NCBI GenBank assembly: GCA_964384885.1
Contig: CAYLMR010000002.1
Coordinates: 10,137-74,136 of the forward strand
Reading direction: 5' to 3'
Length of the DNA: 64,000 bases
Source of the DNA: an uncultured Bacteroides sp.
GTDB lineage: Bacteria > Bacteroidota > Bacteroidia > Bacteroidales > Muribaculaceae
Shown: positions 37,581 to 47,576 of the stretch, in pieces
Numbering within the stretch: the stretch's first letter is position 1
Layout: every line of letters starts with the position of its first letter
Made by a program: the position numbers and the translations under genes
The notes under the pieces: generated by a model
The model's database searches: none
What the model saw: only the letters and a program-made list of their open reading frames with translations
Told to the model about the DNA's origin: nothing

Positions 37581-40304
37581 ATGAAGAGGATAATTACAGT
37601 CGCAGCCATTTTCACGGCGGTTTGGAGCTGCTCTCTTGCGCAGACCGTTATCACCGGCATCGTGCTCAGTAAGCAGGGGAGACCTGTAGATGCTTATGTG
37701 ACCGCGTCAGACAAGGATTCGGGCAGTATTATCGGTTTTTCCGATACGGATAGCAAGGGTTATTACAGGTTGGAAATCAGCAGTGAAGCTGACTCTATTG
37801 TGGTGAAAGCCGCCGGTATGGAAATAGGTCAACAGGTAAAGGTTGTGGCCAATCATACCCAACAGCTCGATTTTCAAGTTAACGAGAGGATGATACGGCT
37901 TAAGGAAGTAAGCGTGCGAGCCCGTAAAATTACCCAGCATGGCGATACTCTCAACTATCTTGTAGGCGCTTTTCAGCAGCAGACCGACCGCACCATCGGT
38001 GATGTGTTGAGGCGTATGCCCGGTATCAAGGTGTCGGATAACGGTGCCATCAGTTTCAATGGCAAAAGCATATCCAAATTCTATATCGAAGATACTGACT
38101 TGCTGGCCGGGCGCTATGGCCTCGCTACTAACAATGTCAATGCTGAGGATGTGGCAACGGTTCAGGTGTTGGAGAACCATCAGCCCGTAAAGATGTTGCA
38201 AAACCAGACGCTTACCGACGATGTTGCCATCAACCTCAAGCTGAAGGAATCAGCCAAGGGTACGATTGCCATAAATACTATGCTGGGCGGTGGAGTCCAA
38301 CAGGTCGGCGACTGGACTCTCCGAAGCGGTAGTCTCACCGACGGGCAGACAACCATAGGCCGTAATCCTCTTTGGACTGCCGAGGTTGTGTGCATGTATT
38401 TTGCCAAACGTCGCCAGAACATGACGCTCTATAAGGGCAACAACACGGGCGATGATGTGTCGAAGGAGCTGACCCGGCATCAATCAGGTGTCAGCGGAAT
38501 CAACCTCTATCCTTTTTGCCCTGTTGATGTAGTGATGCCCGGTGGTTCAAGCTTGCCTCGCAAGCGCACATTCGACAATCTTAGTAATATTCTGACGGTT
38601 AACCACATCGAGAAGTTTAATGAAAATACGGAGTTGGGACTCAACATCGCTTACTATAACGACCGCATACGTCGTGAGGGTAATAGCGAGGGTAACTATT
38701 TTATCAGTAACGACAGCCGGTTACTTACCACCGAAACCATGACCGGCGAGACCAAGCAGAACAATCTCAACATGGAATTGCGCTATAACTGGAATTCACC
38801 CTACGGATTCATGGCCAACGTGCTGAAGTTTGATTCTCAATGGAACAGTGACCGTGTTAACGGTGTGCTTTCATCCGAGCGCACGGGAAGTAATCCGGTG
38901 AGCTATGGCAACGATCGTGTATGGCAGCATTTCTACCGTCCGCAGCTCTCGGTCTCCAACACTTTCAACACAATCCGCAATATCGGTAAAAACAGTGTTG
39001 ATCTCCACTTTTCAGCCGGCTATGCCCACCGTCCGAACACATTGACGGTTGACATTGATTCGCTGCTTCACAACACTCAGGCCTCTTATTCGCAGGATGT
39101 GAATTCCCACCACATGGCGGGACGTTTTAACACAGCCTACTCTGTCAGAATAGCTGATGTGTGGAGATTAAACTACGGCATCAATGCTTCGGCCAATCTG
39201 CATGGCATTGTCACCGATCTTGACGGATTCACGCCGCCACCGGGTAATCCCCAGGTCACTAACGACCTGTGGTATAACACCTACTGTGTTGCGCTTGGTC
39301 AAAGCTACAAGTATGAAAGCCGCAATCTTGACATCACTCTGAGTCTCCCCCTCGAACTTTATATGCAGACACTTGACGATAAGGTGCGCAAGGATAAGCA
39401 TGGTTACACACACCTGCTTTTCTCTCCATCTCTTTCAGTCAACTGGGTTCTTGTCAGAGATCTCTGGCTTAACTCAAGTGCTTATTACAGTAAGACCGTA
39501 GGCGATCCGGGCGGAATATACAGCGGTTATGTCATGTCGAACTACCGCACCTTTCAGCGTTCATATGTAGAGCAGCTCTCCGAAACCAAAAACTATGGGG
39601 CGAATATTTCGTTGCGCTATCGAAATGCTATCCACGCTCTGTTTATCAATGGAGGTATCAGCTACCGTCAAACACACGACAATCAGATCTACGGATATAG
39701 CTATGAAGGTGCCACCAGTGTCGTTCAGGCTATCAACAGTCCTACTGTGGCCGACAGCTATAGTCTGAACGGCGAGATCAGCAAAGGTTTTGATTTTCTT
39801 AGCTCCACCATCCGTGTGATAGGTAGTTACAGCTTGTCAGATAACGATCGTCTCATTGACGGTGACCTTTACCGATACCATGCCGGGCTGCTCAGTTTCG
39901 GTGGAACCCTCTCGATCAAACCTTTTGAGGCGGTAGGGCTTGTATATGGCTGCGGTTTCGGCCAAAGCCGCAGCTATACCGAAAATCATCGCGATGGGTC
40001 GGCTAATGTGCGCAACAACACACAGCGACTGTCTATGAACATCTATCCCACCAAAACACTTACGCTGACTGTTGCCGCTGAGGATAACTATAACAACCTG
40101 ACTGCCGAAAACCGTCACGCCTGGTTTGGCGACGCTTCGGCCAAACTCAGGTTGAAACATGTTGACCTCGAGCTGCAACTCAACAACATCTTCGATCAGC
40201 GTCATTACACCCGTGTTTCATACAGCGGTCTGGATATCTATTCTCAGACCTCTCAGTTGCGCCCACGCAATGTAATCTTCAGCATAAGATTCAAACTCCT
40301 GTAA
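37581..40304 (+). CDS. Outer-membrane beta-barrel protein with N-terminal carboxypeptidase-regulatory-like and plug-like domains (GLPGLI partner)
   Basis: Signal peptide; GDTL.Y.V..F...DRTI.DVL..MPGI.V, RY..ATNN, VQVLENHQP; C-terminal NNIF...PR......F. Confidence 0.85.
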   Translation: MKRIITVAAIFTAVWSCSLAQTVITGIVLSKQGRPVDAYVTASDKDSGSIIGFSDTDSKGYYRLEISSEADSIVVKAAGMEIGQQVKVVANHTQQLDFQVNERMIRLKEVSVRARKITQHGDTLNYLVGAFQQQTDRTIGDVLRRMPGIKVSDNGAISFNGKSISKFYIEDTDLLAGRYGLATNNVNAEDVATVQVLENHQPVKMLQNQTLTDDVAINLKLKESAKGTIAINTMLGGGVQQVGDWTLRSGSLTDGQTTIGRNPLWTAEVVCMYFAKRRQNMTLYKGNNTGDDVSKELTRHQSGVSGINLYPFCPVDVVMPGGSSLPRKRTFDNLSNILTVNHIEKFNENTELGLNIAYYNDRIRREGNSEGNYFISNDSRLLTTETMTGETKQNNLNMELRYNWNSPYGFMANVLKFDSQWNSDRVNGVLSSERTGSNPVSYGNDRVWQHFYRPQLSVSNTFNTIRNIGKNSVDLHFSAGYAHRPNTLTVDIDSLLHNTQASYSQDVNSHHMAGRFNTAYSVRIADVWRLNYGINASANLHGIVTDLDGFTPPPGNPQVTNDLWYNTYCVALGQSYKYESRNLDITLSLPLELYMQTLDDKVRKDKHGYTHLLFSPSLSVNWVLVRDLWLNSSAYYSKTVGDPGGIYSGYVMSNYRTFQRSYVEQLSETKNYGANISLRYRNAIHALFINGGISYRQTHDNQIYGYSYEGATSVVQAINSPTVADSYSLNGEISKGFDFLSSTIRVIGSYSLSDNDRLIDGDLYRYHAGLLSFGGTLSIKPFEAVGLVYGCGFGQSRSYTENHRDGSANVRNNTQRLSMNIYPTKTLTLTVAAEDNYNNLTAENRHAWFGDASAKLRLKHVDLELQLNNIFDQRHYTRVSYSGLDIYSQTSQLRPRNVIFSIRFKLL

Positions 40305-40344
40305 GAAAATTATCTGCGGGTTGCAAGGCAAATGTAGTATAATG

Positions 40345-40390
40345 AAATCGGGAAGCCGCCCCATTTGAGGGATACGGCTTCCCGATTTTA
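40345..40390. terminator. Bidirectional terminator between convergent genes
   Basis: AAATCGGGAAGCCG...CGGCTTCCCGATTTT. Confidence 0.85.
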
Positions 40391-40410
40391 ATTAGGAGTT
40401 GGGTGGGATG

Positions 40411-43400
40411 TTATTTCACATAAACTTTCTTGCCGTCGATGATGTAGAGGCCGGGGCCGGCAACTTTGCCGAGCTTGCGGCCCAACATATCATAGATGCC
40501 CTCCTTGCCCGGAACGACGGGGAGGGTTGAGTCGTCGCCGATTTCATCGATGCCGGTGGTGACATCCTTGATGCCTGAGCGCAGGAGCTTGAACTCGGAG
40601 ATAGCCATGAGGCGGCTGCCCGACATGTTGATAACCATACCTACCGACACGGTGGCGGGTTGGGTGAGGATAAATTTCACCGAGTTGGTGTTGTCGACGG
40701 CGGTGCCTTTGGCTTCCATCATAGATGAGCCGAGAGCTGAGGCAAGGTCGGAAGTATCGGGGAGACCTTTGCCTTCGGCGGCCACGAGATAGGAGCTTAC
40801 GGGCTGACCCTCATATTTGGAGTCGTAGACAGCCGAGAAGGTATAGTCGCCTGCGGGAAGCTCAATGGTCTGATAGGCCTTGTGATCGGAAAGGAATCCG
40901 AAGCCGTCCCAGCCTGAGGTTGCGGTAAACGATTTGTTCTTGTCAAGGTCGACATGCACTCCGGTTATCACGCCGTTGGCTTCGAAGGTGTTTTCAAGAG
41001 TCCAATCCTTGATGGCATACCAGCGCTTGGATGAGGGGTTGTTGACCGATTTCGATGAGTCATGGCTGAAAGGCTGCTTGTAGTTGGTGAGCTTTTCGGC
41101 GGTGAGATCTTCATATTCGGGAGTCTCGAAGTTGAGACAGAACACACCTTTCGACAATCCCCATGCGTCGCCGTCGGGGCCGAAGCCGCTGCGGATGCCG
41201 GTATTGGCATTGGAAGTGGCGTCGGTGACATCGCCGCCGCTCTGGTTAAACTGATAGTAGAGCAACAGTTTGTTGTCGGCCTCGGCCTGAGCGACATTGT
41301 TGATCGGGCTGTTGGCAAAGACTTTGAGCTTGTTTTCGATGTCGCTTGTGGTGCCGGCGAGGTTGCTGCCCCACACGCGGAACTCGTCGATCGAGCCGGT
41401 CATGTCGAGACCGGTCACGCCGATGGCGAATTTCTCGATTTCGGGGAGGGTGGCGCCGGTGGTGACTTTCTGGTTAGCGAGCAATACACCGTCGCGGAAC
41501 ACCTTGACAGTGCCTTTTGAAACGCTCACGGCGAAGTGGTGCCACTGGCCGGTAACGACCACGCCGTCAGAGGTGCGGATAACATTGTTGTTGAGATGAA
41601 CGGCGAGGGCGCCGCGGCCAACACTCTTGATGAGGAATGTTGACTCCTTGTCACCGATTCCGAGACAGTTGGAGGTGAGTTTGCCGGGGTTCATCCACCA
41701 CTCGATGGTAAAGGTGTTCATACCTTTTTCGAGGGGCGATTTGGTGGCGGTTACAGAGGCACCTCCCTGACTGAAGGTGAGGCCGTTTTTGCTGTCGGCA
41801 TTGGTGACGATGAGGGCGCGCTCAACGGTCTTGCGGCTTGTGCCGGCATTGTTGGCTGCGGTGAGGGTCACGTTATACACGCCGGGCTGATCGGGGGTGA
41901 AGACAGCGTTGCGGTTGGAGGAGATATAGCTGTTGATGTCGCTTCTGATTTCCCACTGCCATTTGTCGGGTGAGAATTTGCTGGCGTCGCGAATCACGAC
42001 TTCGTCGCCTTTCACAACCACTGCGGGCGAAATGGTGAAGTCGGCTTCGGGAGCCACTTCGGTTACCTCGATGTTGCATGACGATGAGCTCTTCTTGCCG
42101 TCGACCGAGGTGACGGTGAGAGTAACCTTAAAGGTACCGAACTGAGAGTAGACGGCGCCGGCATTGACGCTCACGGCCTCGGGGGTGTCGGCTCCCTCCA
42201 TATCCCAGTGATAGGTGTAGCCGGCAATCGGGTTTGCCACGATAAACGATACATTCTCGCCCATAGCTACCTTGGTGGCGGTGGGAGTGAAGGTGGCGTC
42301 GGGAGCTGGAGCCGATTCAACCTTCACGACTGTTTCGTCGGTTACGGTCGAGCCGTCGCCCGCGGTGGCGGTAACGGTAACTTTCTTGTCGCCGGTGGAT
42401 TTGAACATCACCGAGGGTGATGCGGCCGAAACAGTCTGCTCGGATGCGTCTTCGATGTTCCATACAAGCGAGGTGGCCGACAACGAGCGGGTGGCTGTGA
42501 GGTTGACGGGCAGGCCGGCATAGATGGTTTCGGCGGGAGCGTTGATCTTCACTGCGAGCTCATCTTCGGGGAGGGTGAGCTTGGGAGTGGATGAGGTCTC
42601 GGCCTTGTAGTTGGCGTTGAGAATCTTGGCGTGGTTGCTGTTGATGCGGTCGCGCAGATAGGCGCCCTCCGAGTTGGTGAAGATGTCACCTTTATAATAG
42701 GCTACCAGACCTTCGGGGAGGAGCTGACCGGCAAATTCAACTTTATAGTTGTTGAGCAGTTCATCGGCCGAGCGGGCATAGTTCCAGATGCGTATCTCGT
42801 CGAGAGCGGCATCGGTGTTGTTGTTGTTATATTCCTTGGCGGTGAACTCGAGAGCGCCGAAGCCTCCTATGCCGCTATAGCGTGACGATGTGGTGGTGGC
42901 ACGGCGACGACCGTTGATATAGGTGGAGATATTGTTGCCTTTCACAACTATGGCTACATGGGTCCAGCGGTTTGCGGCGAGCATATTGCCTGCAGTTGAG
43001 CAGCGGTCATTGGAGGATGTGTTCCATCCGGCAGTGAATGAACCGTCGCTGTTGGTGTGGAACATAAATGAGCCCCAACCCGGGCCGGCGCTCTGGTTGT
43101 AGTTCTTCACGCTGTTGGGCCGGATGTAGAATTCGATGGTGGCCTCCTCATATTTAGAGTCGAAGATGCCGGGAATCGAGAAGCCCGACTCATTAAACAC
43201 GGCCACTTCGTTGGTCTCGGGGAGGGTGATGCTTGTCGAGGCGCTCACGGGAGCCGACTCGATGTCGTTTTGATAGAGAGCGTAGATGCTATATGTGCCG
43301 CTGCCTATGTCAGAGGTCTCGAGAGTGGTGGTGTTGGCGGGAAGTTGAGCCACCTTGGCTCCTTCGCGCACAATCTTATAGCCTTCGAGCTTGTTGGGCG

Positions 43401-44952
43401 ACGAGAGGGGAGCGTCCCACTTGAGGGTCGAGCCGGTGAAAGAAGCGTTGCGCGCAGGATAGTATTGCAGCCCGGGCACCACTACCGAGATAATGGTGGT
43501 TTCGCCGGCGTTTTTGATTTCAACAACACCCTCCTTGCCGAGATCAAAAGGCATTTCGATGCCGGCGGGATTTTCCTCATAGTTGATGATGGAGGCGCCG
43601 CGTATGTTACCTTTGCCTTCAGCCCACGATTTGGTCTTTACGATAAAGAAATATTTGAGGGGCTGGCTCTTGTTGTAGGAAGCGGTGAGGTCGGTGAGGT
43701 CATAGCCAAATTCCATAGGCTCGTCGTGGAGCTTGCCGTCGGCCCACATGCCGAGCATGGGGATTTCGGGCGCGGGATTGGTATTGCCGTAGTTACCGTC
43801 GCCGGCATATTTGAAGTGGTCGAACTCGATCGATTTTTCAGGCACGTCGCTGTTGAGGTCGGCTGACACACCGGCACCGAGACATATCTCCGAGCGGCGC
43901 GAATAGTCCATGGTGAGTTTGATTGTGCGCAGCGGGCGATAGTTTTTTCTTACTGAGTAGACTTCGGGAGTCCACCAGTTGCCTGCAAAGCTCCAGGTGT
44001 CGGTGGCTTCGTCATATTTTGCAGAGGCACCGGCATAAGCATAAGGACAGTAGATTGCGCCTGAGTTACACCATCCGTCGCCCCAGGAGTTGACGATGAT
44101 CCAGGCACCTTTTTCGTCGGCCGACTCTTCACCGTAAATGCCATTGCCGTTGAGGTCAAACTCCACGCGGTCGTCATAGCCCACGATGGTGAGGGCGTGG
44201 TCGACCTGCTTGCCCCAGTGGTTCACGTAATATTGGCCTGTCAGACCGGCAGCGTCGTTGGCCGGGGTCTTGGGTATGGCTTTCCAGCTGCCGCCCGAAG
44301 CTACGCCGACACCTACTATGCCGCCGCCGTGAAAATCGGGGTCGCCGTTGTGGTTCCAGAGATAGTTTTTGAGAGCCTCGCGACCTGCCTTGGTACCGAG
44401 GTGGTCGGTGAAGTTGGTGGGTTTGAGCATACGGTTCCACATGCCCGAATACCACTTGTCGTAGCCGTTCATCCAGCCGAAGTTGTTATCCTCGGTGTCC
44501 TGGTTGCCGAATACCGAAGAATAAGTCCTGCCGCCATAGGTGGCCGAGTTGGGCACGCCCACAAACTGCACGAACTCATCCTTGCCGGAGTTGCCGTAGG
44601 TGAGGAGCCACACAAAGTGGGAGGGGTAGTTGTTGTTCATCGTCGAGCCGTCGAGATTGCGGAACGCGTTGAGCTCGTGGGTGAACATATAGCATATGCG
44701 CGAGGCTGAGCCGCAAGAGCCGCCGTCCTGATTAAACACAGGCGGGAAGAATTTGAGCAGCATGTTGTTGACATGGTCGGGACGGGCCGACAGAGGTTCG
44801 GCAGTTCTCATCTTGCCGCCACCGTAGATCATCAGGGAGGGGTCGGGATTGGTGGCCTCCTTGAAATCGGGATATTTAGCATGGTCAATCTGTAGCTGGC
44901 CTAATGCCGCCACCGGTAGCAGACCAACCAGTAAACTGAGAAGTTTCTTCAT
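40411..44952 (-). CDS. Secreted papain-like (C1) cysteine protease with LamG and PKD domains and a T9SS-type C-terminal domain
   Basis: NQDGGSCG (Q/C), DHALTIVGYDD (H), WIIVNSWG (N); two LamG-like units (WTHVAIV..DEIRIW, WHHFAVS..DEFRVW); PKD repeats; TGIDEI...IYDMLGR...GLYIIDGKKV. Confidence 0.85.
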   Translation of the reverse strand: MKKLLSLLVGLLPVAALGQLQIDHAKYPDFKEATNPDPSLMIYGGGKMRTAEPLSARPDHVNNMLLKFFPPVFNQDGGSCGSASRICYMFTHELNAFRNLDGSTMNNNYPSHFVWLLTYGNSGKDEFVQFVGVPNSATYGGRTYSSVFGNQDTEDNNFGWMNGYDKWYSGMWNRMLKPTNFTDHLGTKAGREALKNYLWNHNGDPDFHGGGIVGVGVASGGSWKAIPKTPANDAAGLTGQYYVNHWGKQVDHALTIVGYDDRVEFDLNGNGIYGEESADEKGAWIIVNSWGDGWCNSGAIYCPYAYAGASAKYDEATDTWSFAGNWWTPEVYSVRKNYRPLRTIKLTMDYSRRSEICLGAGVSADLNSDVPEKSIEFDHFKYAGDGNYGNTNPAPEIPMLGMWADGKLHDEPMEFGYDLTDLTASYNKSQPLKYFFIVKTKSWAEGKGNIRGASIINYEENPAGIEMPFDLGKEGVVEIKNAGETTIISVVVPGLQYYPARNASFTGSTLKWDAPLSSPNKLEGYKIVREGAKVAQLPANTTTLETSDIGSGTYSIYALYQNDIESAPVSASTSITLPETNEVAVFNESGFSIPGIFDSKYEEATIEFYIRPNSVKNYNQSAGPGWGSFMFHTNSDGSFTAGWNTSSNDRCSTAGNMLAANRWTHVAIVVKGNNISTYINGRRRATTTSSRYSGIGGFGALEFTAKEYNNNNTDAALDEIRIWNYARSADELLNNYKVEFAGQLLPEGLVAYYKGDIFTNSEGAYLRDRINSNHAKILNANYKAETSSTPKLTLPEDELAVKINAPAETIYAGLPVNLTATRSLSATSLVWNIEDASEQTVSAASPSVMFKSTGDKKVTVTATAGDGSTVTDETVVKVESAPAPDATFTPTATKVAMGENVSFIVANPIAGYTYHWDMEGADTPEAVSVNAGAVYSQFGTFKVTLTVTSVDGKKSSSSCNIEVTEVAPEADFTISPAVVVKGDEVVIRDASKFSPDKWQWEIRSDINSYISSNRNAVFTPDQPGVYNVTLTAANNAGTSRKTVERALIVTNADSKNGLTFSQGGASVTATKSPLEKGMNTFTIEWWMNPGKLTSNCLGIGDKESTFLIKSVGRGALAVHLNNNVIRTSDGVVVTGQWHHFAVSVSKGTVKVFRDGVLLANQKVTTGATLPEIEKFAIGVTGLDMTGSIDEFRVWGSNLAGTTSDIENKLKVFANSPINNVAQAEADNKLLLYYQFNQSGGDVTDATSNANTGIRSGFGPDGDAWGLSKGVFCLNFETPEYEDLTAEKLTNYKQPFSHDSSKSVNNPSSKRWYAIKDWTLENTFEANGVITGVHVDLDKNKSFTATSGWDGFGFLSDHKAYQTIELPAGDYTFSAVYDSKYEGQPVSSYLVAAEGKGLPDTSDLASALGSSMMEAKGTAVDNTNSVKFILTQPATVSVGMVINMSGSRLMAISEFKLLRSGIKDVTTGIDEIGDDSTLPVVPGKEGIYDMLGRKLGKVAGPGLYIIDGKKVYVK

Positions 44953-45160
44953 GGATTGATAGGTTTATTAGTGTGTAGAATATGCAAATTTAGCTCTTTT
45001 CCCCCACCTCCCCAAATTTTTTTAGTTAAATGCCACCAACCCTCCCCCAAACATTTCTCATTTAATAAAACCGCTTGCTTGGATGGTAATTGCTTTTCCC
45101 CCTTCCTCAAAAGCGGTAGGGGAGCTCATAGAGGGGGATGTTTGTCAGCCAGTGATTCTA

Positions 45161-45260
45161 AAAACTACGCAAATCTTATGATTAAATCCGGGAAAATCCA
45201 CACAAATCCTATGATTCAAATTGGCAAAACCCACACAAATCCTATGATTCAATCCGAAAA
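45161..45260. repeat. Three tandem ~33-bp imperfect repeats in a divergent intergenic region
   Basis: Core CAAATC[T/C]TATGATT starts at 45170, 45203 and 45236. Confidence 0.85.
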
Positions 45261-45446
45261 GCACTTAAGTAAAGCGCTTGATGTAGATGATTCCTCGATG
45301 GTGACATCTCGGCAAGTGAGTAGAGGTTTGGGTGGGTGGGGGTGAAAAAGTTGGGGTTGGAGTGCGGATGTGTCGGTAATAAGCGTTATCTTTGCAAGGT
45401 GGAAGAGCGCCCTGTTGGTATCGGGGTGCCTGAAAAGTAAGATAAT

Positions 45447-46553
45447 ATGCGTAATATATTGAAAAATAATAGCTTGATTGCGGCTGCCGTGACCTTGTCG
45501 CTGGCAATGGGCGGCTGCACGCAGAAAAATGAGTGGACTGTTGACGGCGTGATAGAAGGCGCTGCCGGCAAAACCATGTGGCTCGAGGCTTCGAGCAACG
45601 GAGCATGGTATAAGCTCGATTCAATCAACCTGCCCGCTTCGGGAGGCTTTAAGTTCACCCGTCCCGCCGCCGGTTTTCCCGACATCTATAGACTTCGTCT
45701 CGACGATAAGTCGCTCTATTTCCCCGTCGATAGTATCGAGACTGTGACCGTATTGGCCAAGGCAAATGCTTTTGACAGCGACTTTACCCTCAAGGGTAGC
45801 CCTCAGGCCGAGATGATGATGGATGTGGAGCACAAACTGCTTGAAGCAGTGTCGCGCCTCGGCCTCAGCGCCACCGGCGACTCGCTGCTGAAACGCGAAA
45901 TCGGCACCCGTCTGCTTGACGACCCTTCAGGCATCGTGAGCTATTATGTGATAAACAAGCGCATTGGTGGCACCGCCCTCTTTGACCCGTCAAACAAGCG
46001 TGACCTCAGCATAATCGGTGCTGTGGCCAATGCCTACACCCGCGAGCGCCCCAACGACCCCCGCACGGCGTGGCTCTCAAACCTCTATGTGAGCAACTTT
46101 GCCAACCGCCGTCAGTCGGTGGCCCGCGATACGGTTGTGGCCGGCGAGATAGGATTTTTTGACATCGAGCTCTATGACAGTGAGGGCAAAAAGCGCAACC
46201 TCAAGGATGAGTTTGAGGCCGGCGGACCGGTGATTCTCAACTTCACTGTCTATTCGGCCGAGACCGCGCCGGCCTATAACGCGATGCTCAATTCGGTGTA
46301 TGAGAAATATCGCGACCGCGGTCTGAGAATCTATCAGGTGTCGATCGACAACGATGAGTTTGCATGGCGTCAGAGCGCCAAGAATATCCCCTGGACAGCT
46401 GTTTATAACAGCGCTCATGAGGGTAACGAATATCTGATGAAATATAATGTAACCTCGGTGCCCACAACATTTGTGATAGGGCGCGACCATGAAATCAAGG
46501 AGCGTGTGGAAGATGTCACCAAGCTTGAAAATGTGGTAGCCAAGCAGCTCTGA
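45447..46553 (+). CDS. Lipoprotein with DUF4369-like N-terminal and AhpC/TSA (TlpA-like) thioredoxin-fold domains
   Basis: Lipobox GGC; PDIYRL; C-terminal VILNF, IYQVSID, W..SA..IPW, YNV..VPT.FVI; no CxxC. Confidence 0.8.
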   Translation: MRNILKNNSLIAAAVTLSLAMGGCTQKNEWTVDGVIEGAAGKTMWLEASSNGAWYKLDSINLPASGGFKFTRPAAGFPDIYRLRLDDKSLYFPVDSIETVTVLAKANAFDSDFTLKGSPQAEMMMDVEHKLLEAVSRLGLSATGDSLLKREIGTRLLDDPSGIVSYYVINKRIGGTALFDPSNKRDLSIIGAVANAYTRERPNDPRTAWLSNLYVSNFANRRQSVARDTVVAGEIGFFDIELYDSEGKKRNLKDEFEAGGPVILNFTVYSAETAPAYNAMLNSVYEKYRDRGLRIYQVSIDNDEFAWRQSAKNIPWTAVYNSAHEGNEYLMKYNVTSVPTTFVIGRDHEIKERVEDVTKLENVVAKQL

Positions 46554-46577
46554 CCCCTCTTAAGACAGCAACATCCC

Positions 46578-47576
46578 TCAGGATAAAAATATGTGGCTCG
46601 TCATGACGAGTAATCGCGTGGCGGGCGACACTTTTATTTGGGGGAACTCCCTCAGTGTGGAGTGGAGGATGTCGGCGGCGCGGCGGCTGCGGCTCCTGAG
46701 CGTAAGCTTGGCCGCATGGGGCAATACCCGGCGGAAATAGGGGCGGAGGAGTGAGAAATCCACTCCGTAATGGCGCGCGAGAATGGCGGTGGCCCTAACC
46801 GTCGACGCATAGTAGATGGCGGCGCGGGGGGTAGGGGCCGAGGCGGTAATCTGCGCGGGGTTGAGCACGCTGTAGGCCATCGTGTCGCGAGGCAGCAGGG
46901 CTACCTTTCCGCCGGGCTGAGAGGAACCGGCTCCTGCAAAGAGAGCGGCGAGCAGCGGGAGGTCCTCACACCCGAAGTCGGGATTAAAGACCATGTTGCC
47001 CTCACGCGCGAGGGCTTGCCTCACGCTGTCGGCGCGGAGCAGGGCGGTGGAGAGGTGTATCTGCCCTATCTCCTCCACCGGAGTATGGGAAAGCAGGGGA
47101 AGGAGCAGCTCCTTTGAGCTGACTATCTTTACTCCCTGACCCTCGGGCAGCGGCGATGGAGTAAGCCGGCCGGTGGAGATGTCGAAAGTAGAGAATCGGG
47201 TCAGCACCATTATGAGATTGCTGTTGTTGTCGAGCAGCTTCATCTGGGTAGCCAGACGATGAGGGTCGGTCATGAAGTCATCACCCGAGCAGTCGGTGAT
47301 ATATCTGCCGCGACATTGGGAGAGAGTCGAGAAATAGTTGGTCACCACCCCCTTGTTGGGCTCCGCAGGGAGCAACCTCACCACGTCGGGGTGCCGGGCA
47401 GCAATTTGCCTGACTATTTGGCGGGTCGAGTCGGTAGAAGCATCGTCGCTCACCACAATCTCAAGCCTCTTGCCTTCGGGCATATGCTGGGCGAGGATGC
47501 TGTCGAGAGTGCGGTCAATGGTGTCCTGCTGATTGTAGGTCAGCACTATTACTGAAATGTCGGGGGCTTGGGTCAT
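46578..47576 (-). CDS. Glycosyltransferase family 2
   Basis: ISVIVLTYNQ, IVVSDDASTD, CRGRYI..CSGDDF, ED motif. Confidence 0.9.
   Translation of the reverse strand: MTQAPDISVIVLTYNQQDTIDRTLDSILAQHMPEGKRLEIVVSDDASTDSTRQIVRQIAARHPDVVRLLPAEPNKGVVTNYFSTLSQCRGRYITDCSGDDFMTDPHRLATQMKLLDNNSNLIMVLTRFSTFDISTGRLTPSPLPEGQGVKIVSSKELLLPLLSHTPVEEIGQIHLSTALLRADSVRQALAREGNMVFNPDFGCEDLPLLAALFAGAGSSQPGGKVALLPRDTMAYSVLNPAQITASAPTPRAAIYYASTVRATAILARHYGVDFSLLRPYFRRVLPHAAKLTLRSRSRRAADILHSTLREFPQIKVSPATRLLVMTSHIFLS

Noticed and set aside
44956-45345. 129-aa ORF spanning the 33-bp repeats, or a mini CRISPR array
   Set aside because: The ORF has a non-ATG start and no protein-like features. The 33-bp period leaves no room for unique spacers and there are no cas genes.
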